Below are positions 21,001 to 29,435 of a stretch of 64,000 bases of DNA, piece by piece. Under the pieces are notes generated by a model. It was not told the origin of the DNA. It searched no databases and saw only the letters and a list, made by a program, of their open reading frames with translations. A program made the position numbers and the translations under genes. The stretch spans positions 1,382-65,381 of the forward strand of contig CALWTE010000026.1 in NCBI GenBank assembly GCA_944384375.1, read 5' to 3'. Position 1 is the stretch's first letter, and each line of letters starts with the position of its first letter. The stretch comes from an uncultured Clostridia bacterium. Lineage in GTDB: Bacteria; Bacillota; Clostridia; Christensenellales; UBA1242.

Positions 21001-24000
21001 TTGCTCTATAATATCATAGTATCCAACTTCGGTTAGGGAAGTACCAGCAGTGTTGTCGTTAGCATATGTTGCCCGTACATAAGGGTCACTAGTTGAAAAC
21101 CTATAATTTGCATTTGAATAATTAGGGTCGCCCGCAACAACTGTTTGATTTGCTTTTTCGCCAGTGTAATCATCTCTCTTAAAGTAGTAGAAGTAGGTTC
21201 CGCTTTCGTATTCATTTTGATAATACAATTTCCAGCCAACAGGTACAGCAAATGCATAAGATTTTAGGAAGTCAACATCATAATTGTCAATATTTTCAAT
21301 CAAGTAATCAGCGAATCCGTTGCCTATTTCATTTATAAATGCATCGTTTTGAATTAAAGAACGTAAATTCCAGTAAGGTGCAGTATGGTCATTATATAGT
21401 GTTTGAGTGGTTTGATAATTTTGCACTGTGCCATTTACTTCATAATCACTTTCATCTTTTGCAATATAATGGACAGTGGCAGTATACTCAATATCCGCTA
21501 ATTTCGTTGCATTCATAGCGGGGTTTTCTATTGGCGCAATAGGGAGTAGCAAGTAATAATTGTAGATATTATTGATAGCCATTTTATAGAATTCGGCTTC
21601 TGCTAATTCACTAGTAGTCAAGCCTTTGTTGATAATAGCCTGCAATTCGCTCTCCGTACCGTAAATATAACGCACACCATCGCCCTCTGGGTCGCTCTCT
21701 TTTAATTCATTATATTCGCTTTCGCTACTAGTCAGTAAAATAGGGTCAGAGAACGTACGTGAACTTGTCTTTACACTCGTGCCAGTACTGCCATCTGTAT
21801 TTAAGCGTGGCGAATCTTTAGTATAAACATTAGTAATTACTTGTACGTCGTTAAACGCGATTTGAGCAGTGTAAATATCTGCTGGGTCACTCCATGTAAT
21901 TCTAGTTTTGCTATCGTTTGTAATACGCGTAACAGTTACATCAATATTTGTATAGTTATTTTCTCCCGTTTGGAAGTTAAACGATGGTGCTTCGCCAGTT
22001 AATTCAAAGTTAATCACTGTATAGTTTGGAGTAAGAGAGGAGTAGGAAATTCTAGTAAAGTCGGTGTAAGGTCTACCGCTCAAAATTCCATCATAGTTAG
22101 ACATATCAAATAGAATAATCCTATATCTACCTATACCAGTAAACGCATTTTCAAGTTCCGACAAAGGCAGAGACTCATTTTCATTTAAAGCAGTTAAATA
22201 GTCAGTAGTAGTAGGTCTAGTCGTATAGAAGGTTTGTCCAGCAAAACTATACATAGACACATTTTTACGGAAGTATTGTACAGCAATTTGAATTCTCGTG
22301 GTATTTTGATATTTTGCAAATATTTCGTTTAGTGCTGCTTCAGCGCCTTCTACTGAGTAGTAATATTTGTCGTAAATAGGGTTGCCCGTCGTATCTTCTA
22401 TCCAGTAACTTAAGTTTAGGCTAGCAGGTGGAATGTTACTATCAATTACCACAGAAGAAGGATTTGTAGCATAAAGGTCAGTCCTGTCAAAAGCAATATT
22501 AGAGAAAGTATCATTGCTAGTTGAACGACTAAATTGATTAAATGTTATACTACCGTAGTCAGGATAACCTGGGTATTCGCCTTTGTCATAACCAAATTGC
22601 AAGTTAATATCAGAACCATATAGGGAAGTATCACTAGGAATAACATCGTTTCTATCAACATAATACGTATAAGTCTTTTCTTTTACATCGCCATAGTAAT
22701 CTTCACCAGCAGCCTCGTTCCAAGATTCGTCAGTATATGTCCTAGTAATTACAAACATACCTTCTTGCGTTGCTGCTCCGCCAAAGTATTGACTGTATTC
22801 AATACGCATCAATACATTTGTTTGATAATGCCCGTTATATTCGCCCGTTACTTCAAATAGACTACCATTTGAAATAGCTGTACTATAATTTAAAGAGTTT
22901 CTATCGTAAAGTGTAGTAGTTGTCGCTTGTTGCCCATATGGATAATTAGGACTAGAAGTATCATAAGATAGAGCATAGAATTCTAACTTAATAGACTCAA
23001 TAGCAAAATATTCAGTAGGTTCTGTCCAACTAAATGTTATGTATCTACGATTTGTTGAATATGTGTTTGGTACGTATTGCCTGTCGGTAATAGGGTTATC
23101 GTCTGTAGGTGTCCTATTATAAGCCAAATCTGAACCATTGCTTGTGTAAAATTCACTATAACTACGCAATGAACCTAATGACCTGTCCAAATTCACTTCT
23201 ACGGTTAAACCGCCATTGTTGTCATTATACATTCCATCAAAAACCACAAGGGTGTACATAAATTCGCCATTGTTAAGTGAGTGGTCAGGGTGGTTGAGTC
23301 TATTTTCAGCATCATCTACACCATCAACCACAACACGCGTTATATCTTCATCATTTTCTGTTGCGCCTAATTCAACTTTAATTGTAGCCCACCAGTTTTC
23401 CGCGTGTTGAGAACCATCAGCTTCCGTTACCACAGTAGGGTAAATAGTAGCATCGTTATTGTCATTTGTTTCAAAATCTACTTGCTCTAGTGCTATCATT
23501 AAGTACTTATTAGTATCACTAAAGCCTAAGGAATTAAAGGCATTAATAATTATATTGTTAGCCTCATAATTTGCTCCATTTAAATTCCAAACGTACTCAT
23601 TGTCTTTAAAATCATAAATATCATCAATAATTATTTGGTCAACTTCTGTTTCGGTATCTGCTACATCTTGAGCCTCAATACCTTTATGTGTACCCCAGTA
23701 GAAGTTAGTGTCTTCTGTAATGACATTTACATATGACGACTGTTCTGGGTATTGATAAACCTGCGTATTTGTGTTGTCTAGTAGTGTAGCAAATATAGCA
23801 GTGTTACCCGCAGCGTCAGTCAGTAATAAGATGGCAAGTTGAGGGGTATTGATAACTTGTGAATTAGACAACCTATTCCCAAGACTCTCTAAATCAACCT
23901 GAACTTTTGTATAATCAATTGCAGGGGTAAAGCCACCTAAACTAGCATTTGTCGGCATCAATACAGCACCGTTTTGTGCCTGATTAGTTAAATTATTAAT

Positions 24001-26457
24001 AAAATCTTCTGCGTTAGTAGTGATTAGAGAGAAGTTGCTAATTGTCGTGATGCTAGCGTAAACGTATTTAGCAGTAATAGGAGCACCACTTCGTTTTTCA
24101 TTCCAAGTCCAACCAAAAGCACTTGCCGAAATCAAATTAAACGCACTAGGGTCACTCTCATCTAGTAAAGATACATAATTTACCTCTCCGTCAACATGTG
24201 AGACAGTATACCCTGAACTATCGCCCAGTACGGAAACCGCACCTATTCCTGTAATAGGGGAAGTGTCAATAGCAAAAGTATAGTTTATATAAGCAACCGA
24301 ATCATTTTTAAACACTTGAATTAAATAGTACCCGTCAGTACCGTAGTTATTATTAATGCTCTTGCGTTCACCAAATAACACGGTAGGCTCATTTTCCGAA
24401 ACATCGTATATAGCACCACCTTCACTTTCTTGATAAACCAATCCATTAAACTCAAGGTCGGTCATATTGCGAATAGGATTTCCGTCCCAGTCATACACAG
24501 AATATGTTGCAGTAATTTTAGCATCAAAAGGTCCAGCAGCAGCCCAAGACGCATATACGTATTGATTTGTATAATCGTCCATATTTAAAATACTAGCTTC
24601 GGTCATTAGAGTAGGTGGTGTAGTATCATTAGATTCACGGTCATATGCGTAAACCTTTAACTCAGGTGTTGTGTTAGTAATTTCAAAATAGAATATTTGA
24701 TGCTGATTTTGATTTGCCAAACCAGTTTGACCTTGCGTATCGTCTTGAGCAACGTTTTCATAAGTTAAATAAACAATATACTCACCAGCATTTTGGAAGG
24801 TCATTCCACGAGTGTAGCGCTGAATCGTGACATTGCCTTGCGTGTCGCGGTAAGCATACCAACTAGGACTGTCTGACGAATTACCAGTTACTAATCTACC
24901 ATAGTAATTAAATACAACAGGAGCCTGATTCGTGCTAGCCTTTGTAATGTATTGATTAGATAGGTTAAAATTACTAAATACTGTACTTGTGTCTACTTGA
25001 TTAATAGAAATACCTGCACTTGTTGATATACTGCTTTCATTCATAAAACTAAAATCAGCGGTATATGTAGTTTCTGGCCTGTCAGGTGCAGAAGTCTCAA
25101 TGGTAACAGTATTGGTGCTGTATGTTAAGAAGTCACGTGCATAAACCACATCGGGTGTAGTGCTGGTGACATTTTCCATAGTGTTGTAACTATATGTATC
25201 ATTATATAATGGAGCAGTAGTTGTGTTAGAATCAGCATACATTGCACTATAACCATTAATAATCAATTGTTCTGGCTTTAATAAATCTTCATTAGATGTG
25301 TTTACAGTAATTAAATTCCCATCAGGACGAATATAAGTTGCTTGATTACCGCTAATACCAGTACGTAAAATTGGTGTTTTGTTGATTACATATTCACCAG
25401 GTTGGTCAAATTGCAACTTTATTTGGAAAGTATTTCCGCTCTTTCTAATCAAATACTCCCGAGTGTTACTTTGTCCCGAATTTGTGCTAATTGTTACTAG
25501 CAAATGCCCCGTTTCTTCAGTTCCTACAATTGTAACACTAAAATTTAGCGTAACCGTTTCGGTATAGTTATACAACGTACGAGTGTAAGAGAGTTGGTAC
25601 TTTTCAGGGTTATAGTAAATTTGCGGGTAGTATAATTTATCCTTGCTTGTCCTTGTCGTATAACTCTGTGTTTGTGAGTTATAAAAGGTTGTATAGATGT
25701 TATTGTAATTAAAGTAGTGTAGGGTAGAGTAATCTTGATTGCTTAATACAAACTTTTCCGTGTCATAGTAGGTTGGGTTTTCGTTAACTGTCGTATAAGT
25801 TTTTTGAGTGGTTACATAGAAAGTAATACTATCTTGACTCGTTCCCACTGTGGTTTCGTCATAGTATGTAACGATAACTTCATATTTACCTTCAGGCACG
25901 GCTACATTGCTAGAACCACCTTCACTATAACTTTGATAAACCGTCATATAGTCGGGGTTTAGGGTATAGGTAGGGCTAGCATTAGGGTCAACTACAGCAT
26001 TTACTTCTTCGGGAGTGAGTGCGTGTAAGTATTGAACAAAGTAACTTTCTTCGTCAGTTTCACTTACTTCATTTCGCACAATTAACCTGTCGTTAAAACG
26101 AATAGTCAACGTACTAATCTGTCTAGAACCAGGGAAATAAATCAAAATTGCTTCACGTCCAGTAAAGTTTTCGCCTTCGTCATCTACATATTGCGTAGTG
26201 GTAGTGTTTAGAATAACAAAATCATTTTCATTAATGGTTGTCGCAGTACTGTTTACGTGTCGTAATTCGGTAGGGTCGTAGGACTCTGCGTTTGAATAAA
26301 CATCAGGCAACTGCACTTTCTGCACTTGTAACCTAGTAACAGCCGCATCTGCCGATTTAGTATAATTTGGCAAAACCATACCAAAAACTGCGGTAGCACA
26401 TATTGTGGCTACAGCCAAGAATGCGACAAAATAACCTATAATATATTTTTTTAGCAT
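18079..26457 (-). CDS. Giant (2792 aa) membrane-anchored surface protein, no assignable domain
   Basis: 8.4-kb ORF. ATG at 26457 lies 7 nt after GGGAGGA (the ORF-track TTG is one codon upstream). N-terminal hydrophobic signal/anchor (YIIGYFVAFLAVATICATAVFGMV). C-terminal TM helix plus basic tail (AAIILIVVACIVIVGLIVTFIILRHRIKVR). T/Y/N/S-rich, beta-type composition throughout. TAA stop. Confidence 0.9.
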   Translation of the reverse strand: MLKKYIIGYFVAFLAVATICATAVFGMVLPNYTKSADAAVTRLQVQKVQLPDVYSNAESYDPTELRHVNSTATTINENDFVILNTTTTQYVDDEGENFTGREAILIYFPGSRQISTLTIRFNDRLIVRNEVSETDEESYFVQYLHALTPEEVNAVVDPNASPTYTLNPDYMTVYQSYSEGGSSNVAVPEGKYEVIVTYYDETTVGTSQDSITFYVTTQKTYTTVNENPTYYDTEKFVLSNQDYSTLHYFNYNNIYTTFYNSQTQSYTTRTSKDKLYYPQIYYNPEKYQLSYTRTLYNYTETVTLNFSVTIVGTEETGHLLVTISTNSGQSNTREYLIRKSGNTFQIKLQFDQPGEYVINKTPILRTGISGNQATYIRPDGNLITVNTSNEDLLKPEQLIINGYSAMYADSNTTTAPLYNDTYSYNTMENVTSTTPDVVYARDFLTYSTNTVTIETSAPDRPETTYTADFSFMNESSISTSAGISINQVDTSTVFSNFNLSNQYITKASTNQAPVVFNYYGRLVTGNSSDSPSWYAYRDTQGNVTIQRYTRGMTFQNAGEYIVYLTYENVAQDDTQGQTGLANQNQHQIFYFEITNTTPELKVYAYDRESNDTTPPTLMTEASILNMDDYTNQYVYASWAAAGPFDAKITATYSVYDWDGNPIRNMTDLEFNGLVYQESEGGAIYDVSENEPTVLFGERKSINNNYGTDGYYLIQVFKNDSVAYINYTFAIDTSPITGIGAVSVLGDSSGYTVSHVDGEVNYVSLLDESDPSAFNLISASAFGWTWNEKRSGAPITAKYVYASITTISNFSLITTNAEDFINNLTNQAQNGAVLMPTNASLGGFTPAIDYTKVQVDLESLGNRLSNSQVINTPQLAILLLTDAAGNTAIFATLLDNTNTQVYQYPEQSSYVNVITEDTNFYWGTHKGIEAQDVADTETEVDQIIIDDIYDFKDNEYVWNLNGANYEANNIIINAFNSLGFSDTNKYLMIALEQVDFETNDNNDATIYPTVVTEADGSQHAENWWATIKVELGATENDEDITRVVVDGVDDAENRLNHPDHSLNNGEFMYTLVVFDGMYNDNNGGLTVEVNLDRSLGSLRSYSEFYTSNGSDLAYNRTPTDDNPITDRQYVPNTYSTNRRYITFSWTEPTEYFAIESIKLEFYALSYDTSSPNYPYGQQATTTTLYDRNSLNYSTAISNGSLFEVTGEYNGHYQTNVLMRIEYSQYFGGAATQEGMFVITRTYTDESWNEAAGEDYYGDVKEKTYTYYVDRNDVIPSDTSLYGSDINLQFGYDKGEYPGYPDYGSITFNQFSRSTSNDTFSNIAFDRTDLYATNPSSVVIDSNIPPASLNLSYWIEDTTGNPIYDKYYYSVEGAEAALNEIFAKYQNTTRIQIAVQYFRKNVSMYSFAGQTFYTTRPTTTDYLTALNENESLPLSELENAFTGIGRYRIILFDMSNYDGILSGRPYTDFTRISYSSLTPNYTVINFELTGEAPSFNFQTGENNYTNIDVTVTRITNDSKTRITWSDPADIYTAQIAFNDVQVITNVYTKDSPRLNTDGSTGTSVKTSSRTFSDPILLTSSESEYNELKESDPEGDGVRYIYGTESELQAIINKGLTTSELAEAEFYKMAINNIYNYYLLLPIAPIENPAMNATKLADIEYTATVHYIAKDESDYEVNGTVQNYQTTQTLYNDHTAPYWNLRSLIQNDAFINEIGNGFADYLIENIDNYDVDFLKSYAFAVPVGWKLYYQNEYESGTYFYYFKRDDYTGEKANQTVVAGDPNYSNANYRFSTSDPYVRATYANDNTAGTSLTEVGYYDIIEQDRAGNLRVYTVYVTDNIQSVDGTIGENSIHIESNSTGSIAQENGVTIFDRGETIILNGGEFNIDDISSEDRWMIISFENQMGSRESLTFCYVPSDAQADITRFSGYSIVSSLDEVADMFNSFIDELYLNYQTNYGSQIKVTINDRLPESTFTFEFYVNTEGQLLITSEDDFLNLITSIANNTMFTIKLPDTTNIPSTKLTTFQVFRNNDEIYADDNFIDLPVNPEDFESDQSINIGYTFGLPNNATYRFVFIDNFGRRMVYSYPIDSDLIRYVTYSGGTTEYAHNDVMYTYTSNDVRFTYQSSGLRVKLTITDFDTDSIIYTNVNGDTVDSIDTQSPYFTYIQESITSNVIILLFNANIGIHYHVHLEVDNYTDTATIFDFVIYTHFPNISVTDSSGSPIMNDLTSKSVIISWNDIAALFNPYVTLTYPDGTTENITSPVIVDAEGTYTIGLHNDLGQYMNGTRTFTIQEYDISIYGVYQITTSGELVQLYARDDSYSYFLNNVEITMPHYMFLSSDSNWRRNIEILYNEDKGLNYQVVDEFGNTRIYRVFGETTHVLSVYFAVTRIPNMTISSYTNFRINGETTNRASAIETDPVTITWQTSFTDNSAQPDGTFQNTYYNYFSLELRYNGTIVGNYTSGSITLTNSGVYEIRILDPVGQVNYFASNSSRFSLTLLTNVIYSVNDNAAIPYATYSSDVTVNIPNLSYYDNPPEVTITRNNIAYTITPTEEGDYVFTQPGVYKISMRASIQNIEGTNAEDLVANYQFTLYSPNEALRSYSFPAMSGYEIVSIVRSGLDITDLVRGDDEKITSLYIDSETWGVGRYTITVRTTADGYIPSQDYTYSIWINNETVSITASRDWGSTSTSSFTLTINPATFYERIGDSKIMVNGQLIYTINAETGAIIDPVQIANYSTPGDYTIQVLSASDTLLQSHRITIKEPLNTAAIILIVVACIVIVGLIVTFIILRHRIKVR

Positions 26458-26610
26458 CAAAATTCCTCCCTTTTTTTGCCCGTAAAAAAAGTTATTTTTC
26501 TAAAAATTACATTTACATTAATTATTTTATCAAAAACGACAGAAAAACACAAACAAAAATACATTGTTTTACTAAATTCCTTACATTTTTTAGTTTGTTT
26601 CAGTTTAACA

Positions 26611-26637
26611 AAAAAATGCGTTTATTACGCATTTTTT
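26611..26637 (-). terminator. Palindromic (bidirectional-type) terminator after the coupling-protein gene
   Basis: aaaaaatgcgt-ttatt-acgcatttttt, an 11-bp stem. It begins 13 nt past the stop of the VirD4-like gene and separates that gene from the giant gene. Confidence 0.55.
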
Positions 26638-26649
26638 GTAGAAAATTGA

Positions 26650-28614
26650 CTAAAAATCAAAGTCATCATCGTCATTTGATAGAACTATACGGTTACGCTC
26701 TTTAATGTCGTAAAATACATTTTCTTCGTTTAATGATTTAGGTAATATGTATGGCTCGTCAATTTTAGATAAGTTATAAATGTGAGCACAGTTATATGAA
26801 GGAGTGAATGTGCTACGCAAAGCCTTTTCCTTAAACATAGAAACAATCATTTCGCCGTCTTTTAAGTAGCCTAATTCGTCAGGAGTAATTAGGGCACGGC
26901 TAACTTTTTGCTTGCTTGTTGACTTAGTCGTCTCATTCTTGCCCTTACTTTCACTCGTGCTTTCTGTCTCTACACTTGTTTGACCACAACGAGTACTAAA
27001 TTCTTCCTTAGTTTTTTGATTTTCTGTACCTAAGTAGATGTGTACGTTACAGTTAGATTTGATAACTTCGGCAATCGCGTCACCATAGTTAATACTAATC
27101 TGCGCATAATCTTGCACAACAAGTAATAGGCAAATACCGATACCACGCGAAACCGTGATAATTGATTCCATACCTTCAATTTTAGGCATGTTGGCAAACT
27201 CGTCTAGTACAAAGTAAACGTGTCTAGGCAGGGCAGAACGCTCACGAGTAGACTTTTCTACCAAAGTTTTATATAGACTTAGCACCATTAATTGTGAAAT
27301 AGGGTGACGCGTCTTCTTTTCAAAAGGCACCTGAATAAACAGGGCAGAAGGTCTGTCTGCAAACCTAGAAAAGTCCATTTCGTCCTTACTTGTCGCATAA
27401 CAAACTTCGTTATCAGCAAAAATGTTTACCGCATTTGCAATCATACCAAAGAACGAACGCGCTGTAAGTGGCGAGTTGTTTACAATAGGACTAACCAAAG
27501 AAACGGCGGTACTTAGTTTGTCCCTACCTTGAATATATTTTTGCAGAGACTCATAAGGCTTGTCAGGGTTAGGGTCTTTAGTATTACATATCTTATATAA
27601 GTTATAGAAGTTAAATCTTTCTTCCGTCATGCCAAGTCTCGGGTCTGCTGAATCTTCTAGCATACACAACATTATACCCAACACAAAGTCTTGCGCACCT
27701 TGTTGCCATGAGGTCTCGTTAGACCCACCATTTACAGGGGCAAGAGTAATTGCGATGTCTTTTAAGTCGTCAAAAGCCGAACCAACTAACTTCTTGTACG
27801 TAGCGTTTATATAGGTTTCCAAATCTTCACGGTTAGGGAAGGCTATTCCGTCCAACTCGTACCATTCATTATTATATACATTGGAAATAATGCGCAAATG
27901 ACAGTCCGCAGGATTTTCGTTTATATGTTTAATTACATTACTTCTTAAATGAATTGCTTTTTGATAGTTGCGGAATGGCTTTGTCATAGGATTCCAACAC
28001 GTACTTTCAGAAGGGTCACGCAAGTTAAAGCGGAGAATATCATAACCTTCTTGCTTTAATTTATTTGCGTGCAATTCATACAATTCACACTTTACGTCCG
28101 AAATAACCAAACTAGGTTTGGACTTTGTGCTACTTAAAATTTGAACGGTCGGGTTGATAAATCCCGTCGTCTTACCACTACCAGTAGTACCGATTACTAA
28201 CGTATGCCAAACTTGATGTAGTAAATTTACTTTGATTCGGCTACCACCCTCTAATTGAGCTCTAATAGGCACACCGTCAGTATGCGCGTGCAATTCCCTA
28301 AAATAGCACCCGTCATATTTTTTATCTAACTCACGGGTTGTGAGCCATTCGGAATCAAAATATTGGTCTTTTGGCTTATTGCCTTTGCTTTTATCACTTG
28401 AGTTGAAAAGTTTCTTGCCGTCAGCAACCTTTAATAATATAAATATGATAAAGCAAATAAAGAGTAGGGCAAATATCGCCCACGACCAAGTACCTATCAT
28501 ACCTTCAGGTGTGATAGAACCTGTTTCAATTAAAGACCCGATTAGCGCAGATAGTATAAAACTACCCACAGCCCCACCTAGCATTAAAAAGATAAATTTA
28601 AAAAATTTACTCAA
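26650..28614 (-). CDS. Type IV secretion coupling protein, TraG/VirD4 family
   Basis: TTG start lies 7 nt after GGAGGG. Two N-terminal TM helices. Walker A LVIGTTGSGKTT. TraG/VirD4-type Walker B VYFVLDEFANMP. CLLLVVQDYAQI block. Acidic C-terminus SNDDDDFDF. TAG stop. Confidence 0.85.
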   Translation of the reverse strand: MSKFFKFIFLMLGGAVGSFILSALIGSLIETGSITPEGMIGTWSWAIFALLFICFIIFILLKVADGKKLFNSSDKSKGNKPKDQYFDSEWLTTRELDKKYDGCYFRELHAHTDGVPIRAQLEGGSRIKVNLLHQVWHTLVIGTTGSGKTTGFINPTVQILSSTKSKPSLVISDVKCELYELHANKLKQEGYDILRFNLRDPSESTCWNPMTKPFRNYQKAIHLRSNVIKHINENPADCHLRIISNVYNNEWYELDGIAFPNREDLETYINATYKKLVGSAFDDLKDIAITLAPVNGGSNETSWQQGAQDFVLGIMLCMLEDSADPRLGMTEERFNFYNLYKICNTKDPNPDKPYESLQKYIQGRDKLSTAVSLVSPIVNNSPLTARSFFGMIANAVNIFADNEVCYATSKDEMDFSRFADRPSALFIQVPFEKKTRHPISQLMVLSLYKTLVEKSTRERSALPRHVYFVLDEFANMPKIEGMESIITVSRGIGICLLLVVQDYAQISINYGDAIAEVIKSNCNVHIYLGTENQKTKEEFSTRCGQTSVETESTSESKGKNETTKSTSKQKVSRALITPDELGYLKDGEMIVSMFKEKALRSTFTPSYNCAHIYNLSKIDEPYILPKSLNEENVFYDIKERNRIVLSNDDDDFDF

Positions 28615-28884
28615 AATACAACCCTCCGCTTTTAATTTTACAATTTTTTTTAAAATTCACGCAAATTTTGGTTATTTTGCCCAAAAATTAAAAAAAATTT
28701 AAAATTTCTTAAAAATTGTACTTAATTAATTTGCTTTTGTCAAATTTATTTGATAATATAATTACATAAATTTGTGTTTATGCGCAAAATTTTTAAACGA
28801 TTTGCTAAATTTTTAGTATAGTTTTTAAAAGTTCGCAAAACATAATTTAAACTAAGTTCAAAAAATATCGGAGGTTAAATTTTT

Positions 28885-29322
28885 ATGAGCGCTCTTTTAT
28901 TCCAAATGGCAAATACGATGATGAACGTAATGAGTAATAGCACTTTATTAAGTTCTAGCACAGGCTCTAGTAATAATTACGATGAGTTGCCAGCAGAATA
29001 CGGATGGGTAACTACTGTTACTAATGCAATTGATGTATTATTATGGCCTTTGCTAATTCTCGTAGGTTCAGCAGGTATGATTTATGCTATTTACTTAGGT
29101 GTAAACCTTGCACGTGCCGATAGTGCAGACAAGCAACAAGAAGCTAAGAAACGTTTAATTAATGCTATTATAGGTCTTGCTGTAATTATTGCGTTAATCT
29201 TATTGTTGAAGTTGTTTGTAAGTTACTTGCCTACATGGTTGAACATAGACCCAGAAGGTCCTAATGATTCTCCAGAAACTGGTGGCGTTATCGGTTTGCT
29301 AAGTATGTTCTTAGGTGGCTAA
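28885..29322 (+). CDS. Small membrane protein, VirB2/TrbC-like T4SS pilin candidate (145 aa)
   Basis: GGAGG RBS. An N-terminal leader of about 45 aa is followed by two hydrophobic helices (AIDVLLWPLLILVGSAGMIYAIYLGV and LINAIIGLAVIIALILLLKLFV). They are joined by a short charged loop (NLARADSADKQQEAKKR), the classic VirB2/TrbC layout. First gene of the operon facing the coupling-protein gene. Assignment rests on architecture and context only. Confidence 0.5.
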   Translation: MSALLFQMANTMMNVMSNSTLLSSSTGSSNNYDELPAEYGWVTTVTNAIDVLLWPLLILVGSAGMIYAIYLGVNLARADSADKQQEAKKRLINAIIGLAVIIALILLLKLFVSYLPTWLNIDPEGPNDSPETGGVIGLLSMFLGG

Positions 29323-29435
29323 TTTAAAATTAAAAATTTTGCAAAATTTTCAAGGATAGTTGATAGTTAATAGTAAATAGCATAGTTTGCTATTCTATTG
29401 GCTAGCGACTATTTTTGTTTATTAAATGGTGATAT

